From Candidatus Woesearchaeota archaeon (GTDB taxonomy: Archaea > Nanobdellota > Nanobdellia > Pacearchaeales > GW2011-AR1), in the NCBI GenBank assembly GCA_964490795.1, contig CAZBDY010000003.1, positions 2,752 through 66,751 of the forward strand: a stretch of 64,000 bases of DNA. Reading direction: 5' to 3'. This document shows positions 38,065 to 46,784 of this stretch, in pieces. Every line of letters starts with the position of its first letter. The stretch's first letter is position 1. Below the pieces are notes generated by a model. It was not told where the DNA came from, did no database searches, and saw only the letters and a program-made list of their open reading frames with translations. The translations under genes and the position numbers were made by a program.

Positions 38065-39396
38065 TTATAAACTCTCGTATTTCCCTGAGGTATCTTTTTT
38101 ATCAAATATATTCTGCAAGTCAATTAAAATCTGGTTTTTTTCCAAATTTTTAGCATACTTTCTTAAATTTTCATCTCTATTAGAAATAACAATCACATCT
38201 TGTTTTAAAACATCATTTAAATCTGAAAATAATTTAGAAATATTATTTACTTTTTCTTTTAGATTTTCTCTATTAATTAAATCATAAACTTCTTTTCTAT
38301 AACTTTTTGATATTAAATCTAAATTTGATTTATCAATAAGGTTGTCAAATATTTTTATGTCATATCCTTTATTAAGTAATCTATTTATTACATATAGTAC
38401 AGGATTTCCTCTTATATCATCTGTATCTGCTTTAAAAGTTAATCCTAAAATTCCTATTTTTTTCTTTTTCTTAGATTCTATTAATTTTACAGCTCTCTTC
38501 ATATGTATCATGTTGCTTTTTGAAATTGAATCTATCAAAGGTACTTTTATATCTAATCTTCTTGCTTTATTTTTTAATGCAGCTAAATCTTTTGGAAGAC
38601 AACTCCCTCCATAAGCAAATCCTGGCTTAAAATAATAAGAAGAAATATTTGAATGGTTATCTTCACAAAACAATCCCATTAGCTTTTTTGAATCAACACC
38701 AATTTTTTTACAAACAGAAGATATCTCATTAGCAAATGTTACTTTTAAAGCATGAAAAGAATTGCTTGTATATTTAATCATCTGTGCTACATCTGTATTT
38801 ACAATAAACTTTTTTGCATCAATCCCTTCATAAGCTTCAATCACTTTTTTACATGTTTTTTTATTGTCAGAACCAACAACTATAAAAGGAGGATTAAAAA
38901 AATCTTTAATCGCTGAACCCTCTCTTAAAAATTCAGGATTAACAGCAAGATTAAAATCCTTTCCTGATTTTTTTCCAGAATTTTCTTGTAAAATTTTTTT
39001 CAAAACATTTAAAGAACCAGGAAACATAGTACTTCTAATAACAATTATGTGGTTTTGTTTTTCTTTTAATGCCTTGCCTATCTGTTTGCAAACTCCTTTT
39101 AATGCTCTTAAATCTAGTTCACCATTTTTCTTAGGCGGTGTTCCTACACAGATAAAAGAAACATCTGTATTTAATACAGCGTCTTTAGTATTTTTAGTTG
39201 CCTCTAATATCTTCAACCCAACCTGTTCTCTCACTATCTCATCCAACCCTTTTTCCTTTATAGGAGATTTTCCAGAATTTATTGAATTAACTTTATAATC
39301 AATTATATCTACCCCTATAACTCGGTTTCCTAATTTAGCAAAACAAGCACAAGAAACTGCTCCCACATATCCTAATCCAAATATTGAAATTTTCAT
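38065..39396 (-). CDS. UDP-glucose/GDP-mannose 6-dehydrogenase family
   Basis: MKISIFGLGYVGAVS Rossmann start and GGSCLPKD catalytic Cys motif. Start moved from the track's TTG 39405 to ATG 39396, which is 29 nt from a TATA box. Confidence 0.85.
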   Translation of the reverse strand: MKISIFGLGYVGAVSCACFAKLGNRVIGVDIIDYKVNSINSGKSPIKEKGLDEIVREQVGLKILEATKNTKDAVLNTDVSFICVGTPPKKNGELDLRALKGVCKQIGKALKEKQNHIIVIRSTMFPGSLNVLKKILQENSGKKSGKDFNLAVNPEFLREGSAIKDFFNPPFIVVGSDNKKTCKKVIEAYEGIDAKKFIVNTDVAQMIKYTSNSFHALKVTFANEISSVCKKIGVDSKKLMGLFCEDNHSNISSYYFKPGFAYGGSCLPKDLAALKNKARRLDIKVPLIDSISKSNMIHMKRAVKLIESKKKKKIGILGLTFKADTDDIRGNPVLYVINRLLNKGYDIKIFDNLIDKSNLDLISKSYRKEVYDLINRENLKEKVNNISKLFSDLNDVLKQDVIVISNRDENLRKYAKNLEKNQILIDLQNIFDKKDTSGKYESL

Positions 39397-39416
39397 ATAA
39401 CTCAACTAAAAAAGAT

Positions 39417-39425
39417 TTATTTAAA
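39417..39425 (-). promoter_or_regulatory. TATA box (TTTAAATAA on the minus strand)
   Basis: Starts 29 nt upstream of ATG 39396. Confidence 0.5.
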
Positions 39426-39473
39426 CCTTATTATTCTCAAATATAACCTTTTCTAAATTATGAATTAAATTTT

Positions 39474-40073
39474 TCATTTTTCACATAATGCAAACATAAA
39501 TCTCCCTCCAATTCCCAACTTAAAAAATGGCTTATCTAACCACCTTAAAATTTTTCCTACAATAGGTATTCTTCTCCCCTCTCTATTTTCACTTATCTTA
39601 AATTTAATAATTTTAAATCTCTGTTTTTTCAACACTTTTTTAAATTTTCTTGCTGTAAAGGATTTTTCATAACCCCTCTTCCATAATTCTGTTTTAAATA
39701 TTTTATCAATAATTTTTTGGAGTATTTTTAAAGGAACAAAAAAACTCAGTTTACAGGGAACAGAATACATTGCTTTTCCTTTATTTTTTAAAACTCTATA
39801 ACCCTCTTTAACTGCTTTTTCAGAATCTGGAAAATGCTCAATAACTCCATGGCAAAAAACATAATCAAATTCTTCATCAGAAAAAGGCATTTTTCTTATA
39901 TCTCCTTCTACAAGTTTTACCTTAAAATTTTTTAATTCTTTTTTAGCAATTCCTAATCTTCTTTTATCTATCTCTATTCCAGTAACATCCTTATTTTGTT
40001 TTTTAAATAAATAAACATATAATCCGGTTCCACACCCCATTTCTAAAACTTTCTTTCCTTTAACACTTTTCAT
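39474..40073 (-). CDS. Class I SAM-dependent methyltransferase (as annotated, motif I lies only 10 aa from the start)
   Basis: KKVLEMGCGTGLY motif I; DYVFCHGVIEHF. Confidence 0.8.
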   Translation of the reverse strand: MKSVKGKKVLEMGCGTGLYVYLFKKQNKDVTGIEIDKRRLGIAKKELKNFKVKLVEGDIRKMPFSDEEFDYVFCHGVIEHFPDSEKAVKEGYRVLKNKGKAMYSVPCKLSFFVPLKILQKIIDKIFKTELWKRGYEKSFTARKFKKVLKKQRFKIIKFKISENREGRRIPIVGKILRWLDKPFFKLGIGGRFMFALCEK

Positions 40074-40157
40074 TCATTTAAAGGGTAGTAACTTTTCTTC
40101 TTCATCTATCCCATCTAATTTTCTGTACTCATCTCCAAAAACTATTTTTTTCTTCAT
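40074..40157 (-). other. 27-codon ORF plus in-frame TGA directly abutting the methyltransferase ATG
   Basis: Own translation MKKKIVFGDEYRKLDGIDEEEKLLPFK-TGA-ATG(MKSVKGKK...). Its ATG overlaps the stop of the upstream deacetylase gene as ATGA. Confidence 0.5.
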
Positions 40158-40831
40158 TTCTTTAAAAATTTCTCTAATTTTTTTATTATTTTTTTATTTC
40201 CAAATTCATAAGAGTGAGATAAAAAAACCTTTCTATTAATTGAAAAAAAACTAATAATTTTAAAAAACCACAAAGGAAATAATCTTAAAGAAAACATACT
40301 TAATGGAAATATAAATGAAGAAACAGGAATTTCTTTAATTTTCATCTTTCTTTTCCTAATTTTTCTTTTAAAATTAAACTGCTTTAAATATAAAAAAAAC
40401 CTTTTTGGAAAAAATATTGTCTGAGAAATAGGAAATTGGACAATAGAAGAATCATATTTAAAATTATATTTTTCTAAAATCTCTATTAACTGAAAATCAG
40501 CAGAAAATTGAGGGGCTCTAAACCAGTTTGGATTTTTATTAAATATTTTTTTATAAATATCAACACTTTCCCTTATCCTTTTTTCTTTTTCTTTTTTATC
40601 TAACTTGAAAAAAACTTCATGTTCAAAACCATGTAAGCCTATTTCATATTTTTTCCCTAACTTTTTTATCTCCTGTCTATATTTTAACAATAAATCAGCT
40701 GGAATAAAAAAAACAATATTAAGATTAAACTTTTTATCTAAATTTTTAATTTTAGATAAATCTTTTTTTAATTCTTTTTCTCCTTCTCCAGAATTTAACT
40801 CTACATCTATACTAAAAATATTTTCTCTCAT
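40154..40831 (-). CDS. Polysaccharide deacetylase (NodB/CE4 family)
   Basis: FSIDVE...VFFIPADLL...GLHGFEHE. Start moved to MRENIF (40831), 29 nt from a TATA box. Confidence 0.7.
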   Translation of the reverse strand: MRENIFSIDVELNSGEGEKELKKDLSKIKNLDKKFNLNIVFFIPADLLLKYRQEIKKLGKKYEIGLHGFEHEVFFKLDKKEKEKRIRESVDIYKKIFNKNPNWFRAPQFSADFQLIEILEKYNFKYDSSIVQFPISQTIFFPKRFFLYLKQFNFKRKIRKRKMKIKEIPVSSFIFPLSMFSLRLFPLWFFKIISFFSINRKVFLSHSYEFGNKKIIKKLEKFLKK

Positions 40832-40851
40832 TAATATAAAAATTATCAATA

Positions 40852-40860
40852 AGCTTTAAA
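40852..40860 (-). promoter_or_regulatory. TATA box (TTTAAAGCT on the minus strand)
   Basis: Starts 29 nt upstream of ATG 40831. Confidence 0.45.
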
Positions 40861-40893
40861 TATTCTTCTTTTTTCTAATATAATCCGTAAAAT

Positions 40894-42048
40894 TCAGTGC
40901 TCAGCAATCGCCTTCTTATACTCTTTTTCCACATTTTCCGATATATTTTTCCACTGAAAATTCTCAGATAGATTTCCTGCCTTTTTTTCTATTTTGCTCG
41001 TATCTTTTGAAAAGCAAAAATTTATTTTTTCGGCAAGCTCTTTATCATCTCCTATTTCAAATAAAAATCCTGTTTTTCCATCTTCTATAGTTTCCTTATT
41101 GCCATCACAATTTGAACCTATAACACAGTTTCCTAAACTCATTGCTTCAATTAAAGATTGAGGAAAACCCTCCCATTTACTTGGAAGAATATAAACTTGA
41201 GAATTTTGTATTATTTCTATTTTCTTTTTTAAATCATAAACAGGTCCTAAAAAAGAAACTCTATTTTTCAAATTATATTTATTAATTAAATCTTTTAATT
41301 TTTCTTTATATCCTGAGATATTTTCTATTGGCCCAACTATTTTTAATTCAGCTTTTGGATATTTCTTTAGAACTTCAACAAAAGATTTAATTAATGTATG
41401 CACTTCTTTCCTTGGTTCTATTCTTCCTAAAAATAAAATAGTTTTATTTCTTATTTTTTTATTTTTTGTTTTAAAAAATATTTTTGGAACACCATTTGGA
41501 GAAAAAACAATTTTTTTAGGATTTACACCCAAATTTATTAAATATTTCTCTTCCCATTTAGAAATTCTGAATATTTTGCTATATTTTTTTAAAATTCTCT
41601 TGCCAATTAAAAAATCATAACCTTTAGCCAGAATAGAAAGAAATCTTCCTCTCACTTCAACTGGTAAAAAGGGGGCATGAGTAGTTAAAATAACAGGAAC
41701 ATTATTCTTTATCCCCCATTCTAAAGCTTTTTTTCCTTCAGGATGTCTATATGTCTGAGTATCTATAATATCGGGATTAATTTTTTCTAAAGTTTTGTTA
41801 AACTTCTTTCCAGTAAAAAGTAGCTGATATTTAGTTAACTTCTTTTTAACAGGAAATCTATGAATATGTATTCCTTCATACCTTTCATATGGCTTCACAG
41901 TTTTATCAGTTCCTGCTATAATATTAGAAGTTAAAACATGTATTTCATGTCCTTGTTTAATCAATTCTTTTGCTAAATTCTCAACTCTTGTCCAAACCCC
42001 CGAAATAGAGGGATATGCATAAGAGCAAGTATAAACAATTTTCATCAT
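40894..42048 (-). CDS. GT4 family (GT-B fold) glycosyltransferase
   Basis: EGFPQSLIEAMSLGNCVIGS C-terminal signature. Confidence 0.85.
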   Translation of the reverse strand: MMKIVYTCSYAYPSISGVWTRVENLAKELIKQGHEIHVLTSNIIAGTDKTVKPYERYEGIHIHRFPVKKKLTKYQLLFTGKKFNKTLEKINPDIIDTQTYRHPEGKKALEWGIKNNVPVILTTHAPFLPVEVRGRFLSILAKGYDFLIGKRILKKYSKIFRISKWEEKYLINLGVNPKKIVFSPNGVPKIFFKTKNKKIRNKTILFLGRIEPRKEVHTLIKSFVEVLKKYPKAELKIVGPIENISGYKEKLKDLINKYNLKNRVSFLGPVYDLKKKIEIIQNSQVYILPSKWEGFPQSLIEAMSLGNCVIGSNCDGNKETIEDGKTGFLFEIGDDKELAEKINFCFSKDTSKIEKKAGNLSENFQWKNISENVEKEYKKAIAEH

Positions 42049-42066
42049 TTATAAATAATCAAGATA

Positions 42067-42075
42067 ATTTATAAA
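42067..42075 (-). promoter_or_regulatory. TATA box (TTTATAAAT on the minus strand)
   Basis: Starts 27 nt upstream of ATG 42048. Confidence 0.4.
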
Positions 42076-42105
42076 ACTTATCTTTAAAGAAATTATAAAG
42101 AAAAA

Positions 42106-42114
42106 TTTAAATAA
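42106..42114 (+). promoter_or_regulatory. TATA box TTTAAATAA
   Basis: 28 nt before ATG 42134. Confidence 0.45.
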
Positions 42115-42133
42115 TCTTAAAAGAAGAATAACT

Positions 42134-43525
42134 ATGCCAAAAATGGAAAAAAAATTAGTCATAATAGGAATGGATGGAGCTTCTTGGTATGTATTAAACA
42201 AATTAATGAAAAAAGGCAAATTAAAAAATTTAAGAAAACTGAAAAATAAGAAAATTTTGAAAAGTTGTATTCCTCCTGTAACTGCTCCTGCCTGGAGCTG
42301 TTTTCAAACAGGAAAATGGCCTGGAAAAACAGGACTTTACAAATTTGTAAATATAAAACCTAACTGGAAAATGAAAATGTCTTCTTCCAAAGATGTAAAA
42401 CCTTTTTGGGATAAACTTTCAAAAAATAAAATAAAAAGTTGTATAATCAATGTTCCTCTAACTTATCCAGTTAAAAAAATTAATGGCTATCTAATTTCAG
42501 GAATGTTAACTCCCTCTGAAAATCATGAATATACTTACCCTTCTCAATTAAAACAACAATTAAATAAAATAGGTTATAAAATAGAACCCACAACATATCA
42601 AAAATCTGATATAGAAATAAAACAAGAGGTTATGGAAGCTTTAGAAAAAAGAATAAAAACCGGAAAATTGATGTTAAAAAAACAATGGGACTTTTTCTTA
42701 TTATTTTTCAGAGCAACTGATTTATTACAACATTATTTTTGGGATGAAAAAATAATTCAAGATTGTTATGAAAAAATTGACTCTTTTATAGGATATGTTA
42801 TGAAAAAATATCCTAACTTAATTATAATGTCAGACCATGGATTTGAAAAAGTTGATAAAGCTTTTAATGCAAATGCTTGGCTAAAAAAAGAAAATTATCT
42901 TTTTTTAAATAAAACAAAATCAAAGGGAATAATAAGCAAAAAACTAATTTATAAAATTTTCAGAAAACTTAATCTTGAATGGTTAAGAAGGAGAGTTCCT
43001 AGAAAATTTAAAAAATTATTAAAACAAGATGAAAAAGAAATTGGATTAGAAGAAGCAATTTTACAAAAAAGAATTAATATGAAGAAAACAAAAGCAATGG
43101 CTATTAGGGCTGTAAAATGTGCCAACATTTATATCAATAATACAAAAATGGGTGGAACTATTTCAGAAGAAGAATCTGAAAAATTAAAAAAAGAGATTTC
43201 AGAAAAATTAAAAACTTTTTTTAAGAAAAATAATTTTCAAGCAAAAATTTATTTGCAAGAACAATTATATGGAAAAAACCCTATAAATGCTCCAGATATT
43301 GTTATCTATATGCCTAAAGGATATGATACTAATTGTAATTTTTCATCTGGCATCTGGACAAATATCAAAGAAAGATTAAAAGCAGAGCACAATACAGAAG
43401 CTGTTTTTCTTACAAATAAAGAAATCAAGGGAAATCCAGAAATGGTTGATTTTGCTCCCTCAATATTAAACTTTTTTAATATCAAACCAGACAAAGATAT
43501 GGATGGAAAGATAATCTTCAATTAA
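42134..43525 (+). CDS. Alkaline-phosphatase superfamily protein (type I phosphodiesterase/nucleotide pyrophosphatase-like)
   Basis: VIIGMDGASW...TAPAWSCFQTG...IIMSDHGF. Confidence 0.65.
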   Translation: MPKMEKKLVIIGMDGASWYVLNKLMKKGKLKNLRKLKNKKILKSCIPPVTAPAWSCFQTGKWPGKTGLYKFVNIKPNWKMKMSSSKDVKPFWDKLSKNKIKSCIINVPLTYPVKKINGYLISGMLTPSENHEYTYPSQLKQQLNKIGYKIEPTTYQKSDIEIKQEVMEALEKRIKTGKLMLKKQWDFFLLFFRATDLLQHYFWDEKIIQDCYEKIDSFIGYVMKKYPNLIIMSDHGFEKVDKAFNANAWLKKENYLFLNKTKSKGIISKKLIYKIFRKLNLEWLRRRVPRKFKKLLKQDEKEIGLEEAILQKRINMKKTKAMAIRAVKCANIYINNTKMGGTISEEESEKLKKEISEKLKTFFKKNNFQAKIYLQEQLYGKNPINAPDIVIYMPKGYDTNCNFSSGIWTNIKERLKAEHNTEAVFLTNKEIKGNPEMVDFAPSILNFFNIKPDKDMDGKIIFN

Positions 43526-43560
43526 GTTCTTAATTTACTAAAGTATATATTAAACAACAA

Positions 43561-43575
43561 AAACATTTAAAAACC
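43561..43575 (+). promoter_or_regulatory. BRE/TATA AAACATTTAAAAACC
   Basis: The TTTA core at 43566 is 30 nt before ATG 43596. Confidence 0.5.
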
Positions 43576-43595
43576 ATAATTATATATAATTATAA

Positions 43596-43862
43596 ATGAA
43601 AATTAAAAGGAAAAATGAAAATAAGTATAGCACTGTTTCTTTACCAAAACCTCTTGTAGATAAAATCAAATTAACAATAAACGGAAGTGGTTATATTTCA
43701 GTAAGTGATTTTGTTACAGATGTATTAAGAACAACACTAATGCAAAAAAACAAAATCAACAAAAAAAGAAGTTCAAAAGATAAAAAATCAAATTCAAAAG
43801 TGTTTTCAAAACAAGATGAATTAAGGATAAAACAAAGATTAAAAGGACTTGGATATATATAA
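43596..43862 (+). CDS. Ribbon-helix-helix (CopG/Arc-like) DNA-binding protein with a CysD-like C-terminal tail
   Basis: STVSLPKPLVDKIKLTINGSGYISVSDFVTDVLRTTL fits the RHH pattern; C-terminus ...KQRLKGLGYI. Confidence 0.6.
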   Translation: MKIKRKNENKYSTVSLPKPLVDKIKLTINGSGYISVSDFVTDVLRTTLMQKNKINKKRSSKDKKSNSKVFSKQDELRIKQRLKGLGYI

Positions 43863-43863
43863 T

Positions 43864-44691
43864 ATGGAAAAAGAACTATCTCACTTAGACAAATTAGAAT
43901 CAAATAGCATATACATAATTAGAGAAGCATATAAAAAATATAAAAAATTAGGAATGTTGTGGAGTATAGGAAAAGATTCCACAACTTTATTACATTTAGT
44001 AAGAAAAGCTTTTTTTGGAAAAGTTCCTTTTCCTGTTATTTATATTGATACTGGAAAACATTTTCAGGAAATGTATGATTTTAGAGATAAACTTGTAAAA
44101 CAATTAAATCTAAACCTAATTATTTCTTCTAATACTGAAAAAGCAGATAAATTAAAAATAGATGAAAATTCTAAAATAAAATGTTGTGGAATAAGAAAAA
44201 CAGATGCTTTAAAAAACACCTTAGAAAAACACAAGTTTGATGCTTTATTGTTAGGAATAAGAAGAGATGAACACGGAATTAGAGCTAAAGAAAGGGTTTT
44301 TTCTCCAAGAAATAAAGAATTTAAGTGGGATTATAAAAACCAAGCCCCAGAATTATGGAATCAGTATAAAAGCAAAAAACAAGATGAACAACATCTAAGA
44401 ATTCATCCTTTACTAGCCTGGACCGAGCTTGACATATGGGAATATATAAAAAGAGAAAATCTACCTATTAATCCCTTATATTTTGCTAAACAAGGAGAAG
44501 ACGGAAAATTTTATAGATACAGAAGTTTAGGTTGTTCCCCTTGCACTCTTCCTGTAAAATCAAAAGCAGATAATGTTGATAAAATTATTCAGGAAATAAA
44601 AACAAGTAAACAAGAAGAAAGAGGTGGAAGAGCACAAGATAAAGAGACAGCTACTGCCATGCAACAGTTAAGGGCATTAGGATACATGTAA
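43864..44691 (+). CDS. cysD: Sulfate adenylyltransferase subunit 2 (CysD, PAPS-reductase/ATP-PPase fold)
   Basis: HLDKLESNSIYIIREAY...WSIGKDSTTLLHL...RAQDKE...LRALGYM. Start set at the ATG 2 nt after the upstream stop. Confidence 0.9.
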   Translation: MEKELSHLDKLESNSIYIIREAYKKYKKLGMLWSIGKDSTTLLHLVRKAFFGKVPFPVIYIDTGKHFQEMYDFRDKLVKQLNLNLIISSNTEKADKLKIDENSKIKCCGIRKTDALKNTLEKHKFDALLLGIRRDEHGIRAKERVFSPRNKEFKWDYKNQAPELWNQYKSKKQDEQHLRIHPLLAWTELDIWEYIKRENLPINPLYFAKQGEDGKFYRYRSLGCSPCTLPVKSKADNVDKIIQEIKTSKQEERGGRAQDKETATAMQQLRALGYM

Positions 44692-44717
44692 AAAATTTTC
44701 AAATAAAAAATTCTAAA

Positions 44718-44831
44718 ATGAAAGAAAAAAATAAAAAAACAGAAGATGAAGAAGAAGATGAAGAAGAAGTCTTTGATGAAAAAGATAAAGAAGAAATCAA
44801 AAAAAGACTTCAAGCTTTAGGATATATGTAA
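44718..44831 (+). CDS. 37-aa acidic protein ending in a CysD-like tail (not in the ORF track)
   Basis: Own translation [37 protein letters not shown]; lies between cysD and cysN. Confidence 0.5.
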   Translation: MKEKNKKTEDEEEDEEEVFDEKDKEEIKKRLQALGYM

Positions 44832-44842
44832 AATACTTTAAA

Positions 44843-46069
44843 ATGAAAACAAAAGATAAAGAATATATGGATATAGTTATAGTGGGGCATGTTGATCACG
44901 GAAAATCAACTCTAATTGGAAGATTATTTTATGATACTAACTCTCTACCCCCAGGAAAATTAAAAGAATTAAAACAAGCTTCAGACGCATTAGGAAAAGA
45001 ACTTGAATTTGGATTTATTCTTGATCACTTAGAAGAAGAGAGAGAACAAGGAATAACTATTGACACAACTCAAAAATTCTTTAATACTGAAAAAAGAAAT
45101 TACACAATAATAGATGCTCCAGGACATGTAGAGTTTATTAAAAATATGATTACAGGAGCAAGTCAAGCACAAGCAGCAATACTAATAGTAGATGCAAGCG
45201 AGGGAGTACAAGAACAAACAAAAAGGCATGCTTATATCTTATCAATGTTAGGATTAAAACAAGTTATAGTGGTAATTAATAAAATGGATTTAATTAACTA
45301 TAATAAAGAGAAATATGAAAAAGTCCAACAAGAAACTCAGGAATTTTTGAAAAAAATTAATATCTCTCCAATATACTTTATCCCAATATCAGCTCAAAAA
45401 GGAGATAATATAGCTAAAAAATCAGAACACCTGGATTGGTATTCTGGATTAACAACACTTGAAGCTTTAGATTCTTTTAAAAAAGAAAAAGAAAAAGAAA
45501 AATCATTAAGATTTTCTGTTCAAGATGTTTATAATTTTGATAAAAGAATAATTGCAGGAAAAATTATTTCAGGAACATTAGAAAAAAACCAGGAAATAAC
45601 AATTCTTCCTTCTAACTATAAAACAAAAATAAAAACAATTGAAGATTTTACTAATCAAGTTGATAAGGCAATAGCTGGAAAAAATATAGGACTAACTACT
45701 TTAGATAAACTTTTCATAGAAAGAGGAAATATAATAATAAATTCTGATTCAGAAATCCCAAAAATAACAGATAAAATAAAAGCAAATATTTTTTGGCTTT
45801 CACAAAAACCTTACAAAATAGGTGAAAAGTTAACTTTCAAATGTTCAACTCAAAATATTGATTGTGAAATTATTAAAATTAAGAAAAAAATAAATTCTTC
45901 AACTTTAGAAAAAATTACCAATAATAATAAAATTGAAAACAGAGAGGCAGCTGATGTCATAATTAAAACAGAAAAACCAGTTATAATTGAAAATTTTAAT
46001 AAAATTCCAGAATTAGGGAGATTTGTATTAGAAACAAATGATACTGTAGCTGGAGGAATTATCACTTGA
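44843..46069 (+). CDS. cysN: Sulfate adenylyltransferase subunit 1 (CysN GTPase), without a fused APS kinase domain
   Basis: [20 protein letters not shown] and NKMD GTPase motifs; 408 aa. Confidence 0.9.
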   Translation: MKTKDKEYMDIVIVGHVDHGKSTLIGRLFYDTNSLPPGKLKELKQASDALGKELEFGFILDHLEEEREQGITIDTTQKFFNTEKRNYTIIDAPGHVEFIKNMITGASQAQAAILIVDASEGVQEQTKRHAYILSMLGLKQVIVVINKMDLINYNKEKYEKVQQETQEFLKKINISPIYFIPISAQKGDNIAKKSEHLDWYSGLTTLEALDSFKKEKEKEKSLRFSVQDVYNFDKRIIAGKIISGTLEKNQEITILPSNYKTKIKTIEDFTNQVDKAIAGKNIGLTTLDKLFIERGNIIINSDSEIPKITDKIKANIFWLSQKPYKIGEKLTFKCSTQNIDCEIIKIKKKINSSTLEKITNNNKIENREAADVIIKTEKPVIIENFNKIPELGRFVLETNDTVAGGIIT

Positions 46070-46073
46070 AAAA

Positions 46074-46784
46074 ATGGTGAAAAAAATAATTTTAGCTATA
46101 GATGCTTTAGAATATAATCTTGTTGAAAAATTTGATTGTGAAAATCTTAAACAAAAATTTTATGGAAAAACAGATATCTCAGAATTTTCTCAGCCAAGAA
46201 CAATTGTTTTATGGAGTTCTTTTTTATCTGGAAAAAACAAAGAAAAAGAAATTTTAAAATTAGGAGATGAAAAAATGTGGGAATTTAAAGTTCCAGAACA
46301 AGAATCTTTTTTAAAAAGAAACTATAAAGTTATTGACTTGCCAGCATTTTCTTATGAAAAACAGCAACATAAAAAAGAGAGGCAACTTTTAAAACAATTT
46401 TTTTTAGAAAAAAATCCTGAAAAATCTGAACAAATAAAAGAACAATATAATTCTCTATCTTTAGAACATCATAAAAAAATAAAACAGCAGTTTCTTTCTT
46501 CTTTAAACGAGGATTATGACTTGCTTATTTGCTATTTTTCTGTAATAGATGTGATAGGACATGTGAATTTTGGAAATCAATTTTTAATGAAAATGCTATA
46601 TAAAGATTTAGATGATTTAGCCTCAATAGCAGGAAACAAGACAGAATTATTAATTTTATCTGACCATGGAATGAAATCAATAGGAAAATATGGAGACCAC
46701 TCTAATTATGGTTTTTGGAGTTTTAAAAAAGATTTAAAAAATCCAAAAATAACTGATTTTTTTAATATAATAAAAAAATGGTAA
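46074..46784 (+). CDS. Small (236 aa) alkaline-phosphatase-core protein
   Basis: ILAIDALEY...PRTIVLWSSFLSG...IDVIGH...LILSDHGM...GDHS: a complete AlkP-type metal/nucleophile pattern in a minimal protein, starting 4 nt after the cysN stop. Confidence 0.55.
   Translation: MVKKIILAIDALEYNLVEKFDCENLKQKFYGKTDISEFSQPRTIVLWSSFLSGKNKEKEILKLGDEKMWEFKVPEQESFLKRNYKVIDLPAFSYEKQQHKKERQLLKQFFLEKNPEKSEQIKEQYNSLSLEHHKKIKQQFLSSLNEDYDLLICYFSVIDVIGHVNFGNQFLMKMLYKDLDDLASIAGNKTELLILSDHGMKSIGKYGDHSNYGFWSFKKDLKNPKITDFFNIIKKW

Noticed and set aside
38000-39298. Three plus-strand ORFs (38000..38287, 38342..38614, 38864..39298) opposite the sugar dehydrogenase gene.
   Set aside because: They are antisense to a gene with clear Rossmann and catalytic motifs, low-complexity, and without start context. 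I treat them as shadow ORFs.
39397-39405. TTG start (MSYMKIS...) for the dehydrogenase at 39405. The same judgement applies to the ATG at 40849 (MIIFILM...) for the deacetylase.
   Set aside because: The downstream ATGs at 39396 and 40831 give canonical N-termini and lie exactly 29 nt from TATA boxes. The longer versions would start inside the promoter-to-start interval.
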